Below, one piece after another: positions 30,609 to 40,860 of a DNA stretch of 64,000 nt. The notes beneath the pieces are model-generated. The model had not been told where the DNA came from. It saw nothing but the letters and a program-made list of their open reading frames with translations, and did no database searches. Numbering within the stretch: the stretch's first letter is position 1; every line of letters begins with the position of its first letter. A program made the position numbers and the translations under genes. Source of the DNA: Candidatus Latescibacterota bacterium (lineage in GTDB: Bacteria > Latescibacterota > UBA2968 > UBA8231); contig OZ252098.1 of assembly GCA_965248355.1 (NCBI GenBank), positions 1,024,001 through 1,088,000 on the forward strand, given 5' to 3'.

Positions 30609-33554
30609 ATGGCAGAGACCGCGGCCCGTCACCCCCCCCCGGGGGGAGCGTACGACTTCCAGCGCATCGAGAAGCGCTGGCGTGACTACTGGTTGGCGGA
30701 AGGCACGTATCGGACCGTTGCACCCGGAGAAGAGGGCTACGACCCGCAGAAGCCGAGGTGCTACATCCTCGACATGTTCCCCTATCCCAGTGGCGAAGGC
30801 CTGCACATCGGCCATCCCAAGGGCTACATCGCCTCCGATATCTACAGCCGCTTCAAGCGCATGGCTGGATACAACGTCCTGCATCCGATGGGGTTCGACA
30901 GTTTCGGGCTGCCTGCCGAGCAGTATGCCATCGAGCACAACGTCCATCCCGCCGTGTCCACCGATCAATGCATCGATCGCATGCGCGCCCAGTTGCAGTA
31001 CCTCGGCCTCGGCTACGACTGGGACCGGGAGATCTCCACATCCCACGAGGACTACTACCGCTGGACCCAGTGGATCTTCCTGCAGCTCTTCGACAGCTGG
31101 TACGATCCGGACCGGGAGTGGCACGACAGCTCGGGGAGGTCGATCCGGGGCCGAGCCCGGCCGATCCCCGAGCTGGTGCAGTCCTTTGAGGACGGAACCC
31201 GGAGCCTCACGGTCCAGGACCGCATATCCCTGCTGGAGAGGCGGGCCGGCGGCTCGGTCGAGGCGGGCTGGCAGGAACTGACGGAGGCCGAGCGTCAGGC
31301 GGTACTGAGCAACTACCGCGTGGCCTATCAGAAGGAGGTCACCGTCAACTGGTGCCCCGGGCTCGGCACGGTTCTGGCCAACGAGGAAGTCACCGCCGAG
31401 GGACGCAGCGAGATCGGCGATCATCCCGTGCACAAGCGCCCGCTGAAGCAGTGGATGCTGCGCATCACCGCCTTCGCCGATCGGCTCCTGGAGGATCTCG
31501 ATGCCGAGGCCCTGCCCGACGGCCGCGGCGCCACCTATGCCCTGGACTGGCCGGCGCCGATCAAGCTCATGCAGCGCAACTGGATCGGCCGCAGCGAGGG
31601 CGCCGAGGTGCGGTTCGACGTCGATGGCTCCCACCGGGCCCGATCCACCCTGGAGGTGTTCACCACCCGGCCCGATACCCTCTTCGGGGCCACCTTCATG
31701 GTGGTGGCCCCCCAGCATCCCCTGTTGTCGGAGGCAGGCCGGGTACCGGACACCTGGCCCCTGGAGACGCCCGAGACATGGAAGGGAGAGCCGGAAGCCC
31801 CGTCCCCCAGGGAAGCCGTCCGTCGACACGCGGCCTGGGCGGAGCGATCCGCCTTCTCCGGCTCCGGACAGGATCAGGACAAGAGCGGTGTCTTCACCGG
31901 GATCTTCGCGCGACGCCCGATGGATGGGGAACGCATCCCCATCTTCACCTCCGACTACGTGAGCATGGAGTACGGCACCGGAGCGATCATGGCCGTCCCC
32001 GCCCACGACGAACGGGACCACGCCTTCGCCCTCAAGTACGGCATCCCCGTCATCCAGGTCGTCGAGCCCCCCCCGGAGGCCGCCGGGGAGTTTCCCTACG
32101 CGGGCGACGGAAGGTCGATCAACTCCCCCGGCGCAAGGGCAGGCGATCCGGCGGGGGAGGCCCATCCCTTCTGCATTTCGGGCTTGCCTACGGCCGAGGC
32201 CAAGTCCCGCATCGTCGAGGCGCTGGAACAGGCAGGCCTGGGCCGCAGCGCTGTCAGCTACCGCCTTCGCGACTGGGTCTTTTCGCGTCAGCGCTATTGG
32301 GGGGAACCCTTCCCCTTGGCGACGCACCCCGATGGGTACACCGTGGCCACCGGCCTGCCCGTGCGGCTGCCGGAGCGCGAGGATTTCAGGCCCACCACCT
32401 CGGAGGATCCTGACACCCCGCTGAAGCCGCCTCTCGGACGAGCCGGACGGGAATGGACCCAGGTGGAGGTGGACGGCCAGACCTGTGACCGCGAGCTCAA
32501 CGTCATGCCCCAATGGGCGGGCTCTTGCTGGTACTTCCTGCGGTTCATCGATCCCCACAACGACCGGGCCTTCTGCGACCCGGACAAGGAGAGGAGCTTC
32601 ATGCCCGTCGATCTCTACATCGGCGGGGCCGAGCACGCCGTGCTGCACCTGCTGTACGCCAGGTTCTGGCACAAGGCGCTCTTCGACCTGGGGCACGTGA
32701 GCTCTCCGGAGCCCTTCAAGAAGCAGTTCAGTCAGGGCATGGTCACCGCCGACGCCTTCACCGACCACCGCGGGGTGTACATCGACATCCGCCAGGTGGC
32801 CTTCGACGCCAACGGCGAACCCGTTCACGCCCAGACAGGGCAGAGGCTGACCCGATTCCGCGGCAAGATGGGAAAACGCTACAAGAACGGCCCGCCCCCG
32901 GAAGAGGTGGGGGAGGAGTACGGCGTCGACACACTGCGATTGTACGAGATGTACATGGGACCCCTGGAGCAGAGCGCCCCCTGGAGCATGGAGGGCATCC
33001 GCGGCATGCAGCGGGTCCTGCAGCGCATCTGGAGAAACCTGGTGGCCCAGGACGGGTCGGCCAAGATCGACGACGGCCCCGCACCCGACGGGCTGCGCAG
33101 GCTTCTGCATCGGACCACTGAGAGGATTACCTCCGACCTGGAGGCTCTCCGCTTCAATACCGCCATTGCCGCCCTGATCGAGCTCAACAACGAGCTGGTC
33201 CCGCTCGAGAGAGTGCCGGCGGAGGTGGCCCGGACGCTCATTCTCCTCCTGCACCCCCTGGCCCCACATCTCGGCGAGGAGCTCTGGGAGCGCTGCGGCT
33301 TTGGATCCGGGGATCTCTCCGCCCAGCCCTGGCCCGATTTCGACGAAGCCCTGACCAGGCGCGACACAATCGTTCTACCCGTGCAGGTCAACGGCAAAGT
33401 CCGGGCAACCATAGAGGTGCCGGCCACGACCTCCGAGGAGGCGGTGCGCCAGCAGGTGCTCGGCCTGGAGAATATCCAGAGACACCTGCCGGATTCGGGA
33501 CAGATAAAGAGACTGATCCTCGTCCCTGGGAGAATCGTGAACATCGTGGTCTGA
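30609..33554 (+). CDS. leuS: Leucine--tRNA ligase
   Basis: MFPYPSG, HIGH, FTTRPDT, SRQRYWG, KMGKR (KMSKS variant). Confidence 0.97.
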   Translation: MAETAARHPPPGGAYDFQRIEKRWRDYWLAEGTYRTVAPGEEGYDPQKPRCYILDMFPYPSGEGLHIGHPKGYIASDIYSRFKRMAGYNVLHPMGFDSFGLPAEQYAIEHNVHPAVSTDQCIDRMRAQLQYLGLGYDWDREISTSHEDYYRWTQWIFLQLFDSWYDPDREWHDSSGRSIRGRARPIPELVQSFEDGTRSLTVQDRISLLERRAGGSVEAGWQELTEAERQAVLSNYRVAYQKEVTVNWCPGLGTVLANEEVTAEGRSEIGDHPVHKRPLKQWMLRITAFADRLLEDLDAEALPDGRGATYALDWPAPIKLMQRNWIGRSEGAEVRFDVDGSHRARSTLEVFTTRPDTLFGATFMVVAPQHPLLSEAGRVPDTWPLETPETWKGEPEAPSPREAVRRHAAWAERSAFSGSGQDQDKSGVFTGIFARRPMDGERIPIFTSDYVSMEYGTGAIMAVPAHDERDHAFALKYGIPVIQVVEPPPEAAGEFPYAGDGRSINSPGARAGDPAGEAHPFCISGLPTAEAKSRIVEALEQAGLGRSAVSYRLRDWVFSRQRYWGEPFPLATHPDGYTVATGLPVRLPEREDFRPTTSEDPDTPLKPPLGRAGREWTQVEVDGQTCDRELNVMPQWAGSCWYFLRFIDPHNDRAFCDPDKERSFMPVDLYIGGAEHAVLHLLYARFWHKALFDLGHVSSPEPFKKQFSQGMVTADAFTDHRGVYIDIRQVAFDANGEPVHAQTGQRLTRFRGKMGKRYKNGPPPEEVGEEYGVDTLRLYEMYMGPLEQSAPWSMEGIRGMQRVLQRIWRNLVAQDGSAKIDDGPAPDGLRRLLHRTTERITSDLEALRFNTAIAALIELNNELVPLERVPAEVARTLILLLHPLAPHLGEELWERCGFGSGDLSAQPWPDFDEALTRRDTIVLPVQVNGKVRATIEVPATTSEEAVRQQVLGLENIQRHLPDSGQIKRLILVPGRIVNIVV

Positions 33555-33604
33555 CGAATGGTCCAAGAGCGGCAACCCCAAGTGAGGGACAGGACATATC
33601 CTTA

Positions 33605-33632
33605 GATACGCATAATTTTGTTTATGTATACA
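33605..33632 (+). other. dif-like XerCD site A
   Basis: GATACGCATAA-TTTTGT-TTATGTATACA vs E. coli dif GGTGCGCATAA-TGTATA-TTATGTTAAAT (9/11 and 7/11 arm matches). Confidence 0.7.
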
Positions 33633-33657
33633 CCGCAGCAAGGGCTCGCGGGTGGAT

Positions 33658-33685
33658 TATTTACATAATGCCGATTATATGGCTA
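33658..33685 (-). other. dif-like XerCD site B
   Basis: Minus strand TAGCCATATAA-TCGGCA-TTATGTAAATA; good XerD-like arm, weak XerC-like arm. Confidence 0.65.
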
Positions 33686-33709
33686 TCGATGGAAGACCTC
33701 GTCCTCCAT

Positions 33710-33738
33710 TTGACAAGTGGAAGGTTACTTGGTATAAT
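33710..33738 (+). promoter_or_regulatory. Consensus sigma70 promoter of the recombinase gene
   Basis: Exact TTGACA (33710-15), 17 nt, TATAAT (33733-38), plus extended -10 TG. Confidence 0.85.
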
Positions 33739-33757
33739 ATCCCTTATAGAAAGTAAC
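33724..33757. repeat. loxP-like 34-bp recombination site (13-8-13)
   Basis: GTTACTTGGTATA-ATATCCCT-TATAGAAAGTAAC; arms 11/13 inverted; 10/13 and 9/13 identical to loxP arms. Confidence 0.75.
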
Positions 33758-33782
33758 GACCTCGTAACAAGGGCCTGAGAGC

Positions 33783-34742
33783 ATGCCCTCCAGTCGCAGC
33801 CCACAGACGGCCCCGGCAACCAGCAATCGTACCGACCTCCAGGTTCCCGTCTCCCAGGGCCTGGCCGATCTCTTCAGCGCTTCCATTTCCAGGAACACGG
33901 CCAAGGCCTACGAGGCCGCCCTTGTCCGCCTCGACGCCCGACTTGTCGGCGCGGCTCTTACAGATCACGCCTTCGCCGAATATCTCACCGAACTCCACCA
34001 CGAAGGCCGGGCCCCGAGCTCCATCGCCCTCGTCGTCTCCGCCGTGAAGTTCCGGGCCAAGCTCCAGGGCGTGTCGTCGCCGGTCGGTCCCATCACCAGC
34101 CGTGCCCTCGCCGGCATCCGGCGGGCCGGGAAATACCGCGGTCAGGGGCAGGTGCAAGGTGTCGGGTTTGCAGCCGCCGACGCTGCGGCCGCGGTCGCCG
34201 GCAGCGACGGCCAGAACCTCGCCGGCCTCCGCGACGCCGCATTGATCGCCATCGCCTCCGATGGCCTGTTGCGGGTCTCCGAAATCGCCGCTATCCAGGC
34301 CGCTGATGTAGAGCAAGCGGACGACGGCAGCGGCCGACTGACGATTCGCAGCTCAAAGACCGACCAGGAAGGGGCCGGCCAAGTGCTCTATCTGGGCGCC
34401 TCCACAATGCGCCGGGTGACGGCCTGGACCACCGCCGCCGGAATCACCTCGGGACCGCTGTTCGTCAGGGTCCGAAAGAACGGCCGCCTCGGCGACAAGG
34501 CCTTGTCCGCCGTCTCGGTCCGGCAGATCATCCGCACCCGATGCAAAGCCGCGGGCGTGGAGGGGCGCCTCTCAGGCCACTCCCTGAGGGTGGGAGGAGC
34601 CCAGTCCCTGGCGGCCGGGGGCGCCTCTGTCGTGGAAATGCAGCAGGCCGGCCGCTGGCAGTCGCCGAACATGCCCGGACACTATGCCAAAGGTCAGTTG
34701 GCCGCCCGGGGCGCTGTCGCTCGCATCCGCTACGGCCAGTAA
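33783..34742 (+). CDS. Cre-like tyrosine recombinase
   Basis: N-terminal SAM-like domain; catalytic R (LLRVSEI), K (SKTDQ), HSLR, W (GRWQS), Y (GHYAK). Confidence 0.92.
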   Translation: MPSSRSPQTAPATSNRTDLQVPVSQGLADLFSASISRNTAKAYEAALVRLDARLVGAALTDHAFAEYLTELHHEGRAPSSIALVVSAVKFRAKLQGVSSPVGPITSRALAGIRRAGKYRGQGQVQGVGFAAADAAAAVAGSDGQNLAGLRDAALIAIASDGLLRVSEIAAIQAADVEQADDGSGRLTIRSSKTDQEGAGQVLYLGASTMRRVTAWTTAAGITSGPLFVRVRKNGRLGDKALSAVSVRQIIRTRCKAAGVEGRLSGHSLRVGGAQSLAAGGASVVEMQQAGRWQSPNMPGHYAKGQLAARGAVARIRYGQ

Positions 34743-34797
34743 GCCCTTCGGGCACTGGGACCAGGGGCCAGCCCTGTTCAGGCTCCCTTCAATCTGA

Positions 34798-34825
34798 AAC
34801 AAACATAATCTATATTATGCGCCTA
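34798..34825 (-). other. dif-like XerCD site C
   Basis: Minus strand TAGGCGCATAA-TATAGA-TTATGTTTGTT (8/11 and 8/11 arm matches to E. coli dif). Confidence 0.75.
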
Positions 34826-34854
34826 CTAAAGGCTGGCCGAAGTGGATCGGGCCG

Positions 34855-36648
<1,794 letters not shown>

Positions 36649-36650
36649 GC

Positions 36651-37229
36651 TCAGAGCTCCGGCGTGATCTCCGAGACCCGGCGCTCGAACTCGGCCTGGG
36701 TCAGGCGCCCTTCCTCCAGATCCTGCCGGGCCCGGGCCAGACGCTCCCGTGGACTGCCCTCTCTCCGGTGCCTGCGGGCCTGCTGCACCAGATTGTACAG
36801 GCCGAAGAGGAGGAGGCCGCCCACGACGGCCAGCCATGCGAGCTCCCGCAGCCAGCGCCGATTGTCGGCCCCCATGACCACGGTCACACCGGAGGTGCGC
36901 CAACGAGCGAGCGCCTCGAGCACCAGGGCCCCTTCGGGCATGGGCAGGATGACATCCTTCGCGAGGACCCGGTGGCCCGCCTGCTCGATGACCACCGGTT
37001 GCCGCAGCCGTCCGATCAGCCTTCCCTCGGCCACCTCGACCCGCTCGACCATGTCCTGGGACACCAACTCCTCCATCCGTTCCAGGCCGATGCGGGTCTC
37101 GGCCGGAGCCAGCAGGCTGAGCAGGAGAAGGAGGCCGAGCAGGCCCGACGCAAGGAGCAGGGCCAGCGAGGTAGGCGACAAGGTGGGCGTCGGCTCGGGG
37201 CTTCCCCCCGCCTCAGGGGCTGTTGTCAC
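36651..37229 (-). CDS. Membrane protein resembling the FtsH N-terminal TM-periplasmic-TM module, with a short C-terminal SHOCT-like helix
   Basis: Two TM helices flanking a VERVEV-containing domain; ends LEEGRLTQAEFERR; coupled GTGA start. Confidence 0.55.
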   Translation of the reverse strand: MTTAPEAGGSPEPTPTLSPTSLALLLASGLLGLLLLLSLLAPAETRIGLERMEELVSQDMVERVEVAEGRLIGRLRQPVVIEQAGHRVLAKDVILPMPEGALVLEALARWRTSGVTVVMGADNRRWLRELAWLAVVGGLLLFGLYNLVQQARRHRREGSPRERLARARQDLEEGRLTQAEFERRVSEITPEL

Positions 37230-38134
37230 GTGAGCTCTCCCACGCCCAGCCGACGTCCGAGGCGAGCCGCCCGGCGCACCCATTCGCTCAACAACAGGGC
37301 CCGGCGGAGGTCCTTCGCCAGTGGGTCGGGGGTCGTCTCCCGGCCCTGAAGGGCGGCGAGGAGCTCCTCGTACTGGCGCCGCAGACCGGTCATGCGGGCC
37401 TCGTGCAGATCCTCGTGGACGAGGGCCCGGCCTCCGTGGCCGTAGAGCTCGAAGTCGACGTCGGCCTCCGTCTCCGTTCCAAGGGCGTGAACCTCCAGCA
37501 GGGCCTCCAGGCCGTTGACGAACTCGAGGTGAGCGAGAGCCAGATCCTCCTCCGGCCGGTTGCGCACCAGGGCCCTGGTGTGCGCGGCGACCGTGTCGAT
37601 CCGGCCGAAGAGCTCCTCCAGCAGCAGCGGCGCCCAGAGGTACTGGGAGCCGAGCAGACCGTCGGTCCCGGCCCAGGCTCGCGGCACCCTGACCCGGAGG
37701 CGGGCGTAGACCGGCCCTTCGACCCGGGCCGCGGAGAGACGTGCCTCGTCGGCAAACCCCGAGTGAAGGCTTGGCGCGTCGATCCGCAGCATGCCCTGCC
37801 GCTGCGTCGCCGCCAGAACGGCCGCCAACTCTCCCACCCGGCGCCAACTGGTGGGCGGACAGGCGCACAGGACCCCGTGCCCCGACTCCAGGGCGTGGCG
37901 AATCCAGTATCCGCGCTCCGTCGGTGGAGAGAGCACGGCGACCATGCCCACACGGGGGTCGGCCAACCGTTCCTCCGGGCCTTCTTTCGGTCCTGGCTCG
38001 AGCACGTGCAGACCGGCCACGGAGCGGATGGCCGCCAGATGACGCGCGCGCTCCGAGTGCCCCAGGACGGCGACACCCACCGCTTCGGACACGAGACTCC
38101 GTCTCCAGGCTTCAGGGATTCTCGGGGAGGGCAA
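37226..38134 (-). CDS. Degenerate Gfo/Idh/MocA-like oxidoreductase
   Basis: VGVAVLG, ALESGHGVLC, EDLALAHLEF.NG; canonical EKP is replaced. Confidence 0.5.
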   Translation of the reverse strand: MPSPRIPEAWRRSLVSEAVGVAVLGHSERARHLAAIRSVAGLHVLEPGPKEGPEERLADPRVGMVAVLSPPTERGYWIRHALESGHGVLCACPPTSWRRVGELAAVLAATQRQGMLRIDAPSLHSGFADEARLSAARVEGPVYARLRVRVPRAWAGTDGLLGSQYLWAPLLLEELFGRIDTVAAHTRALVRNRPEEDLALAHLEFVNGLEALLEVHALGTETEADVDFELYGHGGRALVHEDLHEARMTGLRRQYEELLAALQGRETTPDPLAKDLRRALLLSEWVRRAARLGRRLGVGELT

Positions 38135-38212
38135 GGATGATACGGGCCATGCCGCCCCAGGCCAAGAACCCCATGGAGCAGGTCGGGAGGCAACCCTCCG
38201 AGGCCGCGCCCC

Positions 38213-39214
38213 TCAAGGCTTCCCGGAGCCCTCCGCCGGCCCCCTCTCCCCTGTCGCCCTCCTGTGCATCTGCCGGATGAGGCGCTTGTTGAACTCCTGG
38301 GCCGCATGGTAGCCGTCGATCCGGAGCAGGTAGTTGAAGGCGATCGTCTCGGCGATGACGGTGACGTTCTTTCCAGGATAGATCGGCACCATGACCTCGG
38401 GGATCTCGGCCCCGAGAATGGTGAAGGCGCGATCCTCGATGCCGGTGCGCTCGTAATCGAGCCCCTCCTGCCAGTCCACCAGGGTCAGGACGACCTCGAC
38501 TCGTTTCTGCCTGCGGGTTCCGCCGACGCCGAAGAGTCGCTTCACATCCACGATGCCGATCCCCCGGATCTCGATGTGGTCCTGCAGCAACCGCGGCGGC
38601 CGGCCCATGAGCAGGCCCTGGGACTGGCGGGTAATGATGACGGTGTCATCCGCGACGAGACGGTGGCCGCGCTCCACGAGATCGAGGCCGACCTCGCTCT
38701 TGCCGATGCCGCTGCGGCCCATGATCAGAAGGCCCACCCCGTGGACATCGACGAGGGTGCCGTGCAGGGTCGCCTGCGGGGCGAAGTGATCGTCCAGGTA
38801 GAAGTGCAGGAGGTGGATGAACTTGGTCGTGTCGAACTCCGAGCGCAGCAGAGGGATCCCGCACTGGTCGGCGAGGCGGCGCAGCTCGGGCAACAGCCGG
38901 CCCCGGCCGGTGACGACCACGCACGGGAGCTCGAACTGATAGAGGATCTCCAACGCCTGGCGGCGCCGGTCGGGTGACAGGCTTCTCAGGTACTCCAGCT
39001 CATGGTTGCCGAGGATCTGAACCAGGTTGAAGGTGAAGACCTCGACGAACCCGGTCAGGGTCAATCCGGGTCGATGGACATCGCTGCTGTTGATCACCCG
39101 GCCCATGCCCTGCCCGCCGGCCACCAGGCGCAACCCGAGGCGGCGTCCATACCGCTTGAGCAGGCTCTCGATCTTCATCTGCGCCTCGGTGCGGCCACCT
39201 GCGGTGGTGCTCAT
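38213..39214 (-). CDS. hprK: HPr kinase/phosphorylase
   Basis: HRPGL.LTGF, HGTLVDV.GVG, GRSGIGKSE, GHRLVADD, IEIRGIGI. Confidence 0.96.
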   Translation of the reverse strand: MSTTAGGRTEAQMKIESLLKRYGRRLGLRLVAGGQGMGRVINSSDVHRPGLTLTGFVEVFTFNLVQILGNHELEYLRSLSPDRRRQALEILYQFELPCVVVTGRGRLLPELRRLADQCGIPLLRSEFDTTKFIHLLHFYLDDHFAPQATLHGTLVDVHGVGLLIMGRSGIGKSEVGLDLVERGHRLVADDTVIITRQSQGLLMGRPPRLLQDHIEIRGIGIVDVKRLFGVGGTRRQKRVEVVLTLVDWQEGLDYERTGIEDRAFTILGAEIPEVMVPIYPGKNVTVIAETIAFNYLLRIDGYHAAQEFNKRLIRQMHRRATGERGPAEGSGKP

Positions 39215-40139
39215 CCCCCTCCCTCCCTGGCAATGGCGTCGGCGTGGGCCCGCCGAAACCCCTCGTAGCGGCTGCTGGAGATCCGCCCGGCCTCGACCCT
39301 GGCCTGGATGGCGCATCCCGGCTCGTGGATGTGCGTGCAGTCACGGAACCGGCATTGACCGGTGAGAGGCTTCATCTCCCGGTAGTACTGGACCAGTTCC
39401 GACGAGCTCACTCCCCATGGCTGCAGCTGCTTGGGGCCGGGAGTGTCGCCCACGTACCCCCCGCTGCGCAACCGGTGCAGGGAAACCGCCGTCGTCGTGT
39501 GGCGCCCCCGGTCGTGGTGGCGCATCAACTCCTGGGTCCTCAGGCCGAGTCCCGGTTCCAGCCGGTTCAGGATCGACGACTTGCCCACCCCCGAGGCACC
39601 GAACAGCACCGACACTCCTTCGCGAAAGGAATCGACCAGCCGCTCCATCCCGGCCCCCGTGCGGGCGCTGACCTCGAGCACGGGGTAGGAGAGATCCCGG
39701 TAGAGCTCGACCAGGGGGCGGCGGCTGTCCCCCGCATCGACATCGATCTTGTTGACGCAGATCACGATCTCCTCGATTCCACCGCTCGCGGCCATGACCA
39801 GGGCCCGGTCGATAAACCCCGTGCTCGGCGCCGGATCGCGGGCGGCGACGACAACGAGGAAACGGTCGAGGTTCGAGGCGATGACCTGCCGGGTCGGACG
39901 CCCGCCGGTGGCCACGCGGGACAGGTTGGAGGTACGGGGCAGGACCGATTCGATCACTCCCCGACAGGCTTCGGTCCGGATCACGTTGACCAGGTCCCCG
40001 GCCACGACGGGGGAACGTTCCTCCCGCGGACCGGCCTTCAGCCCTCCCCGGAGCTGGCAGAGGATCTCTCCCCCCTCGAGGCCGACCAGGACCTCCCAGC
40101 CGGAGACGCGCAGGGCCCGGCCGCACCGCTCCCGGTCAC
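39211..40139 (-). CDS. rsgA: Ribosome small subunit-dependent GTPase RsgA (start uncertain, possible 1-nt frameshift near the 5' end)
   Basis: NKID, GASGVGKSS, GRHTTT, DTPG, CRFRDCTH.HEPGC. Confidence 0.92.
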
Positions 40140-40858
40140 TCGCCGCGTGCGAGGCGCTCTGCCGCGTAGGCTGGCCAGCCGAGGTCGTGGATCTTCTCCT
40201 GGGTGCGGCGCAGGGGATACTCGGTGCGCCGAAGCTCGACGTGTTCGGCATCGACGTCCCACAGAGCGAAGCTGGCGCGGGGGTCGCCGTCGCGAGGCTG
40301 CCCCACGCTGCCCGTGTTGACCAGGTAGCGGTGCCGTCCGATGGCCACCTCCGAGGAGGTAAGCAGGATGGGCCCGGCCTCCGTCTGACAGAACAGGGCC
40401 GGGTGATGGGTGTGGCCCACGAAGGCGATGCGCCACTCCAGCTGCTCCATGCACCAGCGCACGTGTTCCAGCAGGTACAGGTTCTGCCATTCCTCCGGAC
40501 AGACGGGGTTGGCATGAGCGAAGACTCCGTGCCCTTCGACGTGGCGATAGGCGAAGCTCCGTATGTAGTCGAGCTCCTTCCTCTCCACGAGGGACCGGGA
40601 ACCCAGAAGGGTGTCGCGCGCCACGGCGTTCAACTCGTGGATCCGCTGTCCGTCGACCAGGGCCTGATCGTGATTCCCGAGAACGCAGACCGCGCCGGCC
40701 TCCCGCAACCGGTGGATGCAGGCCACGGGGTCCGGACCGTAGCCCACCAGGTCTCCCAGCACGAGGAGCTGGTCGGCGCCCTCCCGGTCGACGGCGATGA
40801 GAACCGCTTCGAGGGCTTCGAGGTTTCCGTGGATGTCGGACAGGACGGCCAGCAGCAT
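40136..40858 (-). CDS. Calcineurin-like metallophosphoesterase
   Basis: SDIHGN, LGDLVGYG, GNHD, GHTH, NTGSVGQPRD. Confidence 0.92.
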   Translation of the reverse strand: MLLAVLSDIHGNLEALEAVLIAVDREGADQLLVLGDLVGYGPDPVACIHRLREAGAVCVLGNHDQALVDGQRIHELNAVARDTLLGSRSLVERKELDYIRSFAYRHVEGHGVFAHANPVCPEEWQNLYLLEHVRWCMEQLEWRIAFVGHTHHPALFCQTEAGPILLTSSEVAIGRHRYLVNTGSVGQPRDGDPRASFALWDVDAEHVELRRTEYPLRRTQEKIHDLGWPAYAAERLARGE

Positions 40859-40860
40859 GA

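Larger units (their letters stand above)
33605..34825. mobile_element. Minimal recombinase element bounded by dif-like sites (candidate IMEX or dif module)
   Basis: AT-rich flanks with three 11-6-11 ATAA-N6-TTAT sites around a single tyrosine recombinase, between convergent leuS and mutL. Confidence 0.65.

Noticed and set aside
32864..32880. KMGKR in place of KMSKS in LeuRS as a sign of inactivity
   Set aside because: The key second Lys is retained, KMGKS-type variants are known, and all other motifs are intact.
33783..34742. Calling the recombinase XerC, XerD or XerS because of the nearby dif-like sites
   Set aside because: It lacks the Xer-type HSFATHLL and LLGH motifs and instead has HSLRVGGA and GRW, which are Cre-like.
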